A DNA stretch of 64,000 nt. It comes from a virus. Below, in pieces: positions 45,595 to 55,479 of the stretch; position 1 is the first letter of the stretch; each line of letters starts with the position of its first letter. A program made the position numbers and the translations under genes. The notes beneath the pieces were generated by a model, which was not told the origin of the DNA, made no database searches, and saw nothing but the letters and a program-made list of their open reading frames with translations. The stretch is taken from positions 7,061 through 71,060 of the IMG/VR virus record IMGVR_UViG_3300043444_000400, one strand, 5' to 3'.

Positions 45595-45813
45595 ATGAAA
45601 ATATCTAAACTTAAGTCTGATATTCTAAGTGATAATCTTCTTCTTTTAACAGAAGAAGAAAAAGATTGTGCATACAGCTTAGAGAAAATGTTAGCTTGGC
45701 AAGAAGACTACAGTGAGAATGTAGAGTGGGATGAGTTTAATCACTCTTACCTACAATGTCCTTATTGTTCTCACTGGGATGATAGCCCTTGTATCTGTTA
45801 TGCAAGATACTAA
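45595..45813 (+). CDS. hypothetical Cys-rich protein
   Basis: CPYCSHWDDSPCICYAR. Confidence 0.55.
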   Translation: MKISKLKSDILSDNLLLLTEEEKDCAYSLEKMLAWQEDYSENVEWDEFNHSYLQCPYCSHWDDSPCICYARY

Positions 45814-45815
45814 TT

Positions 45816-46211
45816 ATGAAAGTCTTTAGTATATACCTTGAAGATAATCCTCATTATTTTCGAGTTAAGTCATCTAGAGAAGATGACCCTAATAAGCCTC
45901 ACTATCAGATATTAGCTTCATCCTATGATGAAGCTTATGCTATGGCTTTAAGTAAGCATCAGTATGGAATTAATCTACCGGCTATGGCACCTGATGTTTT
46001 TGATAGAGAGGGGGTATTTCATATTCGTAAATCCTTTCGTCTGTCAGATACATCTTATACAGGTCCACGTTGGGATGTAGCTGGTATTAGAGACAAATGT
46101 AAGCCTTTCTATACAAGTTATAAAGAGGCTATGGATTTATGTGATTTATTGAATGAAGCTAATGGTGTTCCAATTTACAAAGTATATGAGGTTAAAAATG
46201 ATGAACTATAA
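45816..46211 (+). CDS. hypothetical protein
   Basis: ORF track; start set at MKVFS. Confidence 0.6.
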   Translation: MKVFSIYLEDNPHYFRVKSSREDDPNKPHYQILASSYDEAYAMALSKHQYGINLPAMAPDVFDREGVFHIRKSFRLSDTSYTGPRWDVAGIRDKCKPFYTSYKEAMDLCDLLNEANGVPIYKVYEVKNDEL

Positions 46212-46385
46212 CGAAGTTAATAATTTTGAACATCGTGGAAGTGGACGATAGAGGCATATTGATATAGGAGTACATAGGATGTTAACTATGAAAGATAAAG
46301 ACGATCAGAGTAAACCTATTAAGCGGGATGATAAATGGAAACCCGGACCTAAAGACCCTAAACCTAAACCTAAAGACAAATAACA

Positions 46386-47228
46386 ATGAAAGCCCCCTGT
46401 AAATGGACAGGAGGTAAATCAAGGGAAGCTACCAACATTATTAGGTACTTCCCTTCTACTATGCCTACAAACTATTATGAACCCTTTGTAGGCATGGGTA
46501 GTTTACTTCTTGCATATAAACCAACAAACCATATCTATCTCAATGACATTAACTCTTTTGTTAACCTACTGTGGAGATGCTTAAGGAATAAAGAACTACT
46601 TCATATAATGCTATATGAGTTAGATTGTCTCTTTCTTTTATCTAATACAGAGGAAGAATATTATAAACAGAGAGATATCTTTAATAAGTATGGAAGTTTA
46701 GATAATTCTCTAGAAGAGAATATATTTCCTAAGTTAGCAGAACAATCTGCTAGATTTATTTATCTCTTAAACTTTGGTTATAACGGTCTCTGTAGATTTA
46801 ATAAACAAGGTAAGTTTAATGTTCCTTACGGTAAACAATCCCCTAACATTGACCCTATAGTAAATAACTTAGTAAAAATTCATAATTATCTAAACTCCGT
46901 AGACTTAGTAATAACAAATACAAGCTATAGTCAAGTAGATACAGAGTTTGACCTTAGTAGTAGCTTCTTCTACCTAGACCCTCCTTATGACCAAACCTTT
47001 AACTCTTACTGGAATGATTCTGTATTTGATCAAGTTCAATTATTTAATTGGATAAACCATAGTCTAAATAAAGCTAAATGGTTAATGACTAACTCAGGAA
47101 CTGATTTAATACGAGAACTATATAGAGATTATGAGATTATTGACTTATCTTCCTTTCGTTGTGTTGGTGCTACTAAAGAGAGTAGAGTTAAGGTTAATGA
47201 TGTGATTATTAGAAATTATAAAGACTAG
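46386..47228 (+). CDS. dam: Dam-family N6-adenine DNA methyltransferase
   Basis: KWTGGKS, YYEPFVGMGS, NGLCRFNKQGKFNVPYG, YLDPPY. Confidence 0.9.
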   Translation: MKAPCKWTGGKSREATNIIRYFPSTMPTNYYEPFVGMGSLLLAYKPTNHIYLNDINSFVNLLWRCLRNKELLHIMLYELDCLFLLSNTEEEYYKQRDIFNKYGSLDNSLEENIFPKLAEQSARFIYLLNFGYNGLCRFNKQGKFNVPYGKQSPNIDPIVNNLVKIHNYLNSVDLVITNTSYSQVDTEFDLSSSFFYLDPPYDQTFNSYWNDSVFDQVQLFNWINHSLNKAKWLMTNSGTDLIRELYRDYEIIDLSSFRCVGATKESRVKVNDVIIRNYKD

Positions 47229-47236
47229 TATCAGGT

Positions 47237-47929
47237 ATGAAATATATGGGAAGTAAGTCTAGATTAGTTAAGGACATAGTTCCACTAATGCTAGCTTATA
47301 GACAACCTGATGATGTATGGGTAGAACCATTTGTAGGAGGGGCTAATGTATTTAGTCAAGTAGCTAATCCTAGACTTGGTTCTGATGCTAATCCTTATAC
47401 AATCCAAGCTCTTATCTCTATAAGAGATTATGTTAATGAACTTCCTAAGAATAACTTAGAGTTTACTGAGGAAGACTATAGAAAGCTTAGACATAGTGAT
47501 GCTTATCCTCATAAGGGTTTTGCTTCATTTACTTATAGTTATGGTGCTAAGTTTTTAGGGGGATGGGCTAGGAATAAATCCAATAGAGATTACGTTACCG
47601 AAGCATATAATAGTGCGGTTAAACAATCTCCTTTACTACAAGGAAGTGATTTAATTTGTTGTGATTATAAAGATTTAGTTATTCCTTCCAATGCAATTGT
47701 GTATTGTGACCCACCTTATAAGAACACAACTCAATACAGTAAGATAGCTAAGTTTAATCATGATGAGTTCTGGGATTGGTGTAGAAACCTACCCTGTAAA
47801 GTCTTCGTTAGTGAATATGAAGCACCCGATGATTTTACCTGTATTTACGAAAGAGAAATTGACACTTGGGTAAATAAGAAAGAGGGTAAGTATAAGAAAG
47901 CTAGTGAGAAATTATTTACTTATGCGTAA
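47237..47929 (+). CDS. D12-class N6-adenine DNA methyltransferase
   Basis: MKYMGSK, EPFVGGAN, YCDPPY, FVSEY. Confidence 0.9.
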   Translation: MKYMGSKSRLVKDIVPLMLAYRQPDDVWVEPFVGGANVFSQVANPRLGSDANPYTIQALISIRDYVNELPKNNLEFTEEDYRKLRHSDAYPHKGFASFTYSYGAKFLGGWARNKSNRDYVTEAYNSAVKQSPLLQGSDLICCDYKDLVIPSNAIVYCDPPYKNTTQYSKIAKFNHDEFWDWCRNLPCKVFVSEYEAPDDFTCIYEREIDTWVNKKEGKYKKASEKLFTYA

Positions 47930-48123
47930 TCGTTATAAATATAAACTATCTTCTAGAAGTAGATATCAAGGATTTTGTTCTTATTGTGATAGATGTTATG
48001 TAGAGAATAATAAGAAATGTGACCTTTGTGGAAGACGTAATAAAGAGAGTAAGAGCAGAGTTAAACCTCCTAAATCTTGTTTACTAGGAAATTGGTAGCC
48101 TATGATATGGAAATTGATAGTTT

Positions 48124-48852
48124 ATGGTAGAGTATAAAGTTTTTAATCTTAGAAACAAGGATTCTATCTTAGGATTTAGATGTGATAGAGGTAGTTCTTT
48201 AGGTAATCCTTATAAATTAACTAGAGATACAGAAGAGAATAGAGCTAAGGTTATTAACTTACATAATCAGTACTTTAGAGCTATCTTATTAGGAAGTTCT
48301 ATCGAGGTTGATTCTTCTCTATTAAGCTCTAAATATAAGCCCTGTGATAGATATAATTATCTTTCGTTGTTAGGTAAAGCTTTCCAAACTAATGGTTTCT
48401 CATGTTGGTGTAATCCACAACCTTGTCATTGTGATACTTATTTAGAATTTGCTAATTCTCCTAGAGTCTGTATTTCAGGTTCTAGAACTATTAAGGATAA
48501 AGATAAGATTTATTCTATTTTAGATAAATATTTAGTAAATCTTAATACACAAGCTACTAAGAGATATATTATCGGAGGAGACTGTAGTACAGGGGTGGAT
48601 GCTGTACTAAGAGAATATGCAGAAGCTAATGAGTATATGTATGTGCCCGTAGCTGCAAAGTGGAATGAACTTGGTAGAAGTGCTGGTATGCAAAGGAATC
48701 AAGTCCTAGTTAACTTATGCAATTACTTTATTGCTGTATGGGATGGACAAAGTAAGGGTACAGAAAATGCTATTAAGTTAGCTAGAAACAACGAAAGTAA
48801 AGGTACAATTAAACGTTTAGCAATAGAGGTACTAACTAATGAGTGTAAATGA
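48124..48852 (+). CDS. DUF4326-like + SLOG (YspA/DUF2493-like) fusion
   Basis: RGSSLGNPY...CWCNPQPCHCD; then ISGSR...GVD...GRSAGMQRN...WDGQSKGT. Confidence 0.75.
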   Translation: MVEYKVFNLRNKDSILGFRCDRGSSLGNPYKLTRDTEENRAKVINLHNQYFRAILLGSSIEVDSSLLSSKYKPCDRYNYLSLLGKAFQTNGFSCWCNPQPCHCDTYLEFANSPRVCISGSRTIKDKDKIYSILDKYLVNLNTQATKRYIIGGDCSTGVDAVLREYAEANEYMYVPVAAKWNELGRSAGMQRNQVLVNLCNYFIAVWDGQSKGTENAIKLARNNESKGTIKRLAIEVLTNECK

Positions 48853-49312
48853 GATTCCTAAAGTTAAGCTATATAAGATTGTAGATAGTACTCAGTTGTA
48901 TGAGTTTGAAAGTATAGATTTTAAGCATCTTAAGACAACTACACGTTCCGTTCTCTATGGTCTAGGATTAGATGATGGAGAAGAAGATGTTATATATACC
49001 TTTAAGAATTTAGAAGATGCACAGTATGCTGTTGATAATGTCACAGTAGATAGTGATACTTATGAGGAATATACGTTAGGCTCTAAATGGTATATGCGTT
49101 ACTATGGCCAACAAACTATTCATGTAAAAGTTACTGAAAATGTTTGGATTCTAGAATCTGATGGCATGTTACACGATAACATAGACCCGATATTCCTATG
49201 TAAGCTAATTGTGGTTAAAGATAAAGAGGGTTGTAGCTATTCTCTTACTTCTATTAATGATGAAATTAGAACTAATTTGAAAAAAGAAATTAAGGAATTT
49301 GGTAATGAATAA
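48839..49312 (+). CDS. hypothetical protein, GS(K/E)W family
   Basis: FKNLEDAQ...YTLGSKWY. Confidence 0.65.
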   Translation: MSVNEIPKVKLYKIVDSTQLYEFESIDFKHLKTTTRSVLYGLGLDDGEEDVIYTFKNLEDAQYAVDNVTVDSDTYEEYTLGSKWYMRYYGQQTIHVKVTENVWILESDGMLHDNIDPIFLCKLIVVKDKEGCSYSLTSINDEIRTNLKKEIKEFGNE

Positions 49313-49455
49313 ACAAGATAGTAAAGTAATGATAAATAAACAAGATAACTGGCTATTTCTTAAGCTATTATTAGCCGCTTTAACTCTTACGAGCTTAATT
49401 ATTGTTCCTGTAATTGGTTTAGCTTTAATTCTTAACCCTTAAGTTGTAAAGGTAT

Positions 49456-49929
49456 ATGTGTATTGAGATTGTTAGAGATTATATAGATATTGAAATTGTT
49501 AGTATTAAGAAACAGATTAAAACAATTATTGGTAATGTAGAAAATATTAGTGAAATTATAGATGGGTACCAATTAGTTATTGATGGTGAACTTCTTGATT
49601 ATGAATTTCTAACAGAAGAATCAGCACAACAAGCTAGTCAGAATGTAATTGATAAACGACTCCCTGTAGACCATCCTTATCAAGTAGGGTCAGAGTGGTA
49701 CTATTACACACATCGTAAGAACTTAAATAAAATTGTTAAGGTTACTGTTACTAACGTAGTACCTTGGCATACGTGGGAAGAAGACGATGATGAAGTTTAT
49801 CACTTATATCTAGGTAACCTTATTAGCTGGGTAGACAAATATGGTGAAGACTATAGTGCAAGAACTGCATATGGAAATGATGTAACCGAGATTTTACGAA
49901 AAAATATTGAGGATTTCATTGATGTCTAA
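49456..49929 (+). CDS. hypothetical protein, GS(K/E)W family
   Basis: FLTEESAQ...YQVGSEWY. Confidence 0.65.
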   Translation: MCIEIVRDYIDIEIVSIKKQIKTIIGNVENISEIIDGYQLVIDGELLDYEFLTEESAQQASQNVIDKRLPVDHPYQVGSEWYYYTHRKNLNKIVKVTVTNVVPWHTWEEDDDEVYHLYLGNLISWVDKYGEDYSARTAYGNDVTEILRKNIEDFIDV

Positions 49930-49980
49930 TAAGAATAAGGAAAAAGTTATCAAAACTGAAGCCAGAGGAATTTATTCGCT

Positions 49981-50457
49981 ATGAATAGGTATGGTGCCCG
50001 TGGGGAAAAGATTATCTATACTGAACCTTTCGTGTCTAACAATAGAGACTTTACTTTATGTCAATATGAAGAAGACTATTGGGTATATGCATTAGGGGAT
50101 AGTTATACTGAAGTCGCTTTTGAAAGTAAAGAAGAGGCAATTAAACATATTGAATCTCTTATCTACATTGATGACGTTCCCGACTACTTTACCGTAGGGT
50201 CTGAATGGTGGGTATCCGTACTACTTAACCGTAAGCCAATTATTACTAAAGCAGAGATTTTTGATATCACTACAATTTTTTGTGAGAATTACTTAGGCTT
50301 ACAGGTTACCTATACTTTTGGTTCAGAATACCGGAAGTTCTACAATATAGATTTTGAGAGAGTATGTGAAGGATATTGGGCTAAAGATAGGAAAACCCCT
50401 ATTGTAGAGTTAAGTGATTTCTTTAAGTCTAATCCAGAAGATTTTATAGTTCCTTAA
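49981..50457 (+). CDS. hypothetical protein, GS(K/E)W family
   Basis: FESKEEAI...FTVGSEWW. Confidence 0.65.
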   Translation: MNRYGARGEKIIYTEPFVSNNRDFTLCQYEEDYWVYALGDSYTEVAFESKEEAIKHIESLIYIDDVPDYFTVGSEWWVSVLLNRKPIITKAEIFDITTIFCENYLGLQVTYTFGSEYRKFYNIDFERVCEGYWAKDRKTPIVELSDFFKSNPEDFIVP

Positions 50458-50505
50458 AGTCAAGGTGCATCTACATCAAACACCTACACATACATATACC
50501 TAATA

Positions 50506-51738
50506 ATGAAAAGTTTTGTAATTGAGACTTCTTATCCCAATCTAAGTATCGTTGGTTTAGAGAACGAAAGTAATCAGAGAGTTCAGAGATTTTTTACCCC
50601 AAAGAATGAAAATGAAGGTCTTACAGGTGAGGATTTCTGTTTTGTAGCCGCACGATATTCACGTTCTGATAAGAATGTACTTGGAATTATAGACGAGATT
50701 GTAGACAAGAGTGTATCTATGTCTGAGAGAGCAAGTAAGATTGCTATTGACTACGGGCATTCTTCAGTAGCTGAGTTTGCTCAAGTTGGTATCTCCTTTG
50801 AAGGAGTGAGTGAGCTACTAGCTATGTTTATGTTAAATAAAATTAATACTTATGGGGCTTCACAACGAAGTACAAGATATCAAAAAATGGATACAGAAGG
50901 TCTTATCGGAACTAAATCTGATACAGACTTCTATAGAGAAGTACTGGAACGAGCCAAACCCTATGGTAAAGATGCTTATGATTCTATTAGATATCTACTT
51001 CTTATGGGTACTCGTACCTCTTTGTGGATTAGCACTAACCTACGTGAGTGGGCTATGCTTATTAGTCTTCTCAAAGGTTATGATGAGCTAGAGGAATTCG
51101 TAAGTATTGGAAATCTTATTGAAGAATTACTGACGAAAGAAATTGAGGGTGTTAGTCCTCCAGGAGCTAATCTTGTTCGTCATACTGAACCTCATGACTA
51201 TAAGAAAGACGTAGCTTTTACTGAAGAACTAAGCAAACGGTATCGATTGGATGACCATAATAGAGATGGGTTACTGGAATTAGTACAATCATATTACCCT
51301 CACCACTATGATGTAGTCCCTGGAATCATCGAGTTATATGCTAATCCCCTTAGCACTAACTACATGGCAACAATTCTAGACTTAGGACAGATTAGAGATT
51401 GGAATCGTCATCGTTCCCTATTACGCTACATTCCCTTTATTGAATATGGTTGTAATAAAGAACAATTATTTGAACTAGGTATTGATATTGGTATCTCTGT
51501 AGTTAATGATAAGGTAGATACTAAGTTTAATAATTATATTGAAGAGGTGTTAGCTCATGTATATTCTTTCGTTAATCCCAGTAATTTATACTCTTATCCT
51601 ATGGGATTCCATACACCAATCTACATTTCAGGCCCGATTAGCAAACAGTATTATACATATAAGTTAAGAAGTAATGATGGTGGACATACAGCTTATCGTC
51701 AGCAAGCCGCTAAGTTTCTTGCTACGTTGTTTGCTTAA
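50506..51738 (+). CDS. thyX: FAD-dependent thymidylate synthase (long, two-domain type)
   Basis: ARYSRS, YGHSSVAE, QRSTRY, TNLREW, RDWNRHR, GHTAYR. Confidence 0.88.
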   Translation: MKSFVIETSYPNLSIVGLENESNQRVQRFFTPKNENEGLTGEDFCFVAARYSRSDKNVLGIIDEIVDKSVSMSERASKIAIDYGHSSVAEFAQVGISFEGVSELLAMFMLNKINTYGASQRSTRYQKMDTEGLIGTKSDTDFYREVLERAKPYGKDAYDSIRYLLLMGTRTSLWISTNLREWAMLISLLKGYDELEEFVSIGNLIEELLTKEIEGVSPPGANLVRHTEPHDYKKDVAFTEELSKRYRLDDHNRDGLLELVQSYYPHHYDVVPGIIELYANPLSTNYMATILDLGQIRDWNRHRSLLRYIPFIEYGCNKEQLFELGIDIGISVVNDKVDTKFNNYIEEVLAHVYSFVNPSNLYSYPMGFHTPIYISGPISKQYYTYKLRSNDGGHTAYRQQAAKFLATLFA

Positions 51739-51897
51739 TGTAGAACTTCATTATGACGACTCTCTAGTTATATCTCGCTTTCCTATATATGTTATGTACC
51801 ACAAAGGGTATATGTACGTGGGTAGGTCTTTATGGGGTGTAATTAGAGAGTTTATTATTGAATTTCAAGATGATAAACATTTAGTTGGGTAAATCCT

Positions 51898-52131
51898 ATG
51901 TTTGATGATTTTGTATCTATTCGTCGATATACCAGTGACAGTGACTCTTTATTAGATGGGTACTATACACTAGGAGAATTTATCCCTAGCCCAGACCCCG
52001 TAAATATTAGTTGTACTCTAGAAACTAAATATGTTCATGTGGCTAAAGAACAATTAGCTAAATGGCAAGAAGTTTTTAGCCTGTGGAAACAATTGCAAGA
52101 GGAAATGTACGAGGTTTATTGGAAGGATTGA
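51898..52131 (+). CDS. hypothetical protein (family with the next two genes)
   Basis: EQLAKWQEVFSLWKQLQ helix shared with neighbours. Confidence 0.55.
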   Translation: MFDDFVSIRRYTSDSDSLLDGYYTLGEFIPSPDPVNISCTLETKYVHVAKEQLAKWQEVFSLWKQLQEEMYEVYWKD

Positions 52132-52136
52132 ATTTG

Positions 52137-52358
52137 ATGCCTAAAATCTATATTCATGAGAGTGATGCTGTCTACTGTTATTTTGAGACAGCGGAAGACT
52201 TTGAGAAAGAATGGGGTGTTCCTTATGATGAAGACTTACATGGAAGTGTGAGTGTTAATGTTAGTGATGAGTTATTAGAAAAGTATCGACAAATCACGAA
52301 AGAATATAGTGATATGCAATCTTTTCTATTTCAAGCTAAAAGAGATTTTTATGAGTAA
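52137..52358 (+). CDS. hypothetical protein (paralog)
   Basis: MPKIYI...ELLEKYRQITKEYSDMQ. Confidence 0.6.
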   Translation: MPKIYIHESDAVYCYFETAEDFEKEWGVPYDEDLHGSVSVNVSDELLEKYRQITKEYSDMQSFLFQAKRDFYE

Positions 52359-52572
52359 AATCCATATCTTTATAAATGACAAAGATGATTATGATTTTGA
52401 TACAAATTCTGTTTATACTGATTTCTGGGGTTCAGACATAGAAGAACATATCCCAGGGGTAATTGCTGAGTTAGATGATGATTTAATACTTAAGTATAAA
52501 GAAATTATGTCTGGTTATGAACAGATGCAGAATCATTTGTGGAAATTGTATTTTCAGAATAAATCTAAATAA
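52351..52572 (+). CDS. hypothetical protein (paralog)
   Basis: MSKIHI...DLILKYKEIMSGYEQMQ. Confidence 0.6.
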   Translation: MSKIHIFINDKDDYDFDTNSVYTDFWGSDIEEHIPGVIAELDDDLILKYKEIMSGYEQMQNHLWKLYFQNKSK

Positions 52573-52751
52573 GAGGTGTAAGTAATGCTTTACATTAATG
52601 ATATTGATAAGAAACTTTCCTTTCGTTGTAACACTAATCGTCAAAGTGTAGCAACATCACAAGCAGAAGAGTTAGATATTATAAACTTTACAATTACATC
52701 GACCCCAGACTATAAAGTTTTTGTACTAGAGGATTAAATAGAGGATTATAT

Positions 52752-53024
52752 TTGATTATGATGTTAGAGTTAAGCTCTTGTTATTACAAGGATAATGATT
52801 ATAAGGCAGTACAGATTAAGCTTAATCGTTGTCTCTTGTATATGAGTTATGAAACTTGTATTGCTTTCTTTAAGCGAGATGAACAAATTCTTTATGTTTT
52901 AGACACTAAGATTAGTAACACTACGAGTAGACATCGGAAATCTATTACGGATAGATATGTTATGAATCAGATTGTTAATCTTAAGACAGAAGAATTTAAG
53001 GAACGTTTAGCAGAGGTTATTTAA
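52752..53024 (+). CDS. hypothetical protein
   Basis: SYETCIA...SNTTSRH motif. Confidence 0.6.
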   Translation: MIMMLELSSCYYKDNDYKAVQIKLNRCLLYMSYETCIAFFKRDEQILYVLDTKISNTTSRHRKSITDRYVMNQIVNLKTEEFKERLAEVI

Positions 53025-53332
53025 TGTTAGGGCTTTATAAGTTTGAATACAATGTTTCTAGGTTTGGAACTCTTAGTGGGTTATTTATTGTTAGTAAAGA
53101 AGATTTAGATAGAGCTAATGAAATTTATCCTACAATTGGATTTTCTGAATGTCTGGGTAAGCACTCTGAGTTTGATGTTGACTGGTTTGAACACGTAACC
53201 CTAGTTAGTGAAGATGAAGAACTAATTGATAAGCTTCTTAAGACTTTTCAAAGTACAACACTAATAGGGTATGACCCTTTTGAACGAGCATTAGACCAAT
53301 ACCAGTATTCTATAGAGGATGAGGATGATTAA
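53024..53332 (+). CDS. phage hypothetical protein
   Basis: RFGTLSGLF...ECLGKHSE...GYDPF. Confidence 0.65.
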   Translation: MLGLYKFEYNVSRFGTLSGLFIVSKEDLDRANEIYPTIGFSECLGKHSEFDVDWFEHVTLVSEDEELIDKLLKTFQSTTLIGYDPFERALDQYQYSIEDEDD

Positions 53333-53504
53333 CAATTTACAGTGGTTTATTAAGACTTCCTTACTTCTAGGGTTCCTATATGGTTCTCTAGAACGTACAT
53401 CTGTGTTTATGAGCGATAATGTATTAGTAGCTACCGAAATCGCTCAATTGGTTTTAGTTGCTCTTTGTCTAGTCGGGATTATGTTCCTGTATATTAAGGA
53501 TTAA
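53319..53504 (+). CDS. small two-TM membrane protein
   Basis: Two hydrophobic segments. Confidence 0.55.
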   Translation: MRMINNLQWFIKTSLLLGFLYGSLERTSVFMSDNVLVATEIAQLVLVALCLVGIMFLYIKD

Positions 53505-53508
53505 AAAT

Positions 53509-54009
53509 ATGAAGATTAAAAATACTGTGCTTAGTCTTAGTTTGATTGGTCTATCAAGTTTTCTAGTGTCTTGTGAGGATGATCGATATGAGAACTATGA
53601 TAGTACACCATCGGGAAGTACAGAATTTACTCCCCCTGTAAATAAAGCTGAGTTTACTATTGAAGTTGCTGTAGTTGGAAATGAAGGTCAGATTGTAAGT
53701 GCTGTAGGACATCCTTTTGTAGCTGTACCTACAACTGAGGGTTCTTGTCCTTCTGATATTACAACTCTAGATGCTTCTATGGCAATTCCTCTATCTCTTA
53801 AGTCTAACAATACAGCAACTTTTAGCTCAGGTACAGCTAACGATAATAATTATTGTGTAACCAATACACATACAGTTAGTGGAGGCCAATGGATTCCTAA
53901 TGACGCTCAAATCAATGGGTGTTCTTATTATTGGACCACTATGTTAACCTTCCAAGGCTCTAGCGTTGTTCTAACGAAAGAGGATGCCTCTGTAGAGATT
54001 TGTTTGTAA
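53509..54009 (+). CDS. putative lipoprotein
   Basis: Signal peptide with lipobox LVSC. Confidence 0.7.
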   Translation: MKIKNTVLSLSLIGLSSFLVSCEDDRYENYDSTPSGSTEFTPPVNKAEFTIEVAVVGNEGQIVSAVGHPFVAVPTTEGSCPSDITTLDASMAIPLSLKSNNTATFSSGTANDNNYCVTNTHTVSGGQWIPNDAQINGCSYYWTTMLTFQGSSVVLTKEDASVEICL

Positions 54010-54022
54010 TACATGTAGTGTC

Positions 54023-55426
54023 TTACATTTGCCCATACATAGCTTGGTTAACCATAGTCTGTTTAGCAATATCTCTTTGTACTTGATAAGCCCAATCTGT
54101 TTCTGTTAGTGTAGGAACATCTAGCAGAGATAACAAGCTATTGATTACATTAAGGTTAGTTGTAGGGATAACCTGAGCAGACATAGCAGAAATTAGACTC
54201 TGAATGCGAATATTTGCTACTTCAGGGTCTAATGTTCTGTCTGATTGAAATTCACCAAAGTCATCCTTAATTCCAAAGTTATATACCAATAGGGGACGTA
54301 CTATCTTTTCAATTAGTTGGTCCTGTAGTTGTTGTACTAAACTTTCAATCTGTGCATCCAGTACCGTACTATGTTGTTTTCCTAAACTATTCATACCCAT
54401 ACTGCTACTTCCTTCCTCAAACATAAGAGATGGGATACCGTAGGCTCTTTGAATATGCTTATTTAGAATTTCAATACTCATATTCCAGAAACCTTCACTT
54501 GTAGGCATGATTAGTGGAGTTACATTGTTCTTATTATCAGTAACAATTACAGAATTATTCTCAGTAGCAATAAGTTGTCTTAGTAAGTTCATTGCAGCCG
54601 GTTCAGTCTTACTTTGACCATCATTACCTACAATAGGTTTACCTTGAGCATCAGTCATCTCAACCCATTCATTACTATCAACTTTCCCTAGCAATATCCC
54701 TGTAGCATTATTCTTAGCTGCAATCATCATCTCAGCAAGAATAGCTTGTTTAGCTAGATAATATTTATACGCAGTTTTAGCTTCAGGGTCACCAAATACG
54801 AAGTCTGAATTATATATATTAGACGAATACCCATTTACTAGATGTAAACAACTCTCATAAGGGACACGAGTTTTTACATTCTTACCATCTCTATAGACCA
54901 GATATTTGACTTCACCATCAAGACCTTCAAAAGTAGTTCTAGTTTGATCGAGTACGTTAAGACCCTTAAGTCTCCATTGCCCTTTATGTCCAGGAATCTT
55001 AGCACTAAAGATAATCTCTGCATTAGAGAATCCGTAGGCCATAGCTGAACCTAATCTACCTACAATATGGTGTAGACGACCGTTAATGTTATCAAAATTA
55101 CTTCTAACCCAAGCTTGTATGGAAGCATCACTATGGGTATACTTTCCAATCTTATTTGCTAAACGTAAACACTTAAGTTCTTGACAACTACGGATATAGG
55201 AGTCGGTCTTAGCTGCTTCAATATATTTAGGAAGGTCTCGATCATTATTAAATAACTCTTGTAGAAAGTTTTGAGTAAGCCTATTAATAGTTCGAGTACG
55301 TTGACCTTCATGAGGTACAGGGATAGAAGGTTTGAATTCTCGTAGTCTAATTCCTTGCTTCTCTCTTTCTTCAGCACTATAAGAGGGTCTGTTAGTCTCA
55401 GAATTATCCATATTTCTAGTTGACAT
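54023..55426 (-). CDS. portal protein (DUF935 / Mu gp29-like)
   Basis: 467 aa; D..I.SC.E, AMAYGFSNAEI, G..H, QLIEKIVRPLLVYNFG typical of DUF935 portals. Confidence 0.75.
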   Translation of the reverse strand: MSTRNMDNSETNRPSYSAEEREKQGIRLREFKPSIPVPHEGQRTRTINRLTQNFLQELFNNDRDLPKYIEAAKTDSYIRSCQELKCLRLANKIGKYTHSDASIQAWVRSNFDNINGRLHHIVGRLGSAMAYGFSNAEIIFSAKIPGHKGQWRLKGLNVLDQTRTTFEGLDGEVKYLVYRDGKNVKTRVPYESCLHLVNGYSSNIYNSDFVFGDPEAKTAYKYYLAKQAILAEMMIAAKNNATGILLGKVDSNEWVEMTDAQGKPIVGNDGQSKTEPAAMNLLRQLIATENNSVIVTDNKNNVTPLIMPTSEGFWNMSIEILNKHIQRAYGIPSLMFEEGSSSMGMNSLGKQHSTVLDAQIESLVQQLQDQLIEKIVRPLLVYNFGIKDDFGEFQSDRTLDPEVANIRIQSLISAMSAQVIPTTNLNVINSLLSLLDVPTLTETDWAYQVQRDIAKQTMVNQAMYGQM

Positions 55427-55479
55427 AATTGTTTTTACTGTATGATATCTTCAGACATTATAACTCTATAGATATTTAA

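Noticed and set aside
53319-54009. Holin/spanin lysis cassette
   Set aside because: The two-TM protein plus lipoprotein is suggestive, but no endolysin is adjacent and the genes end the early-strand block.
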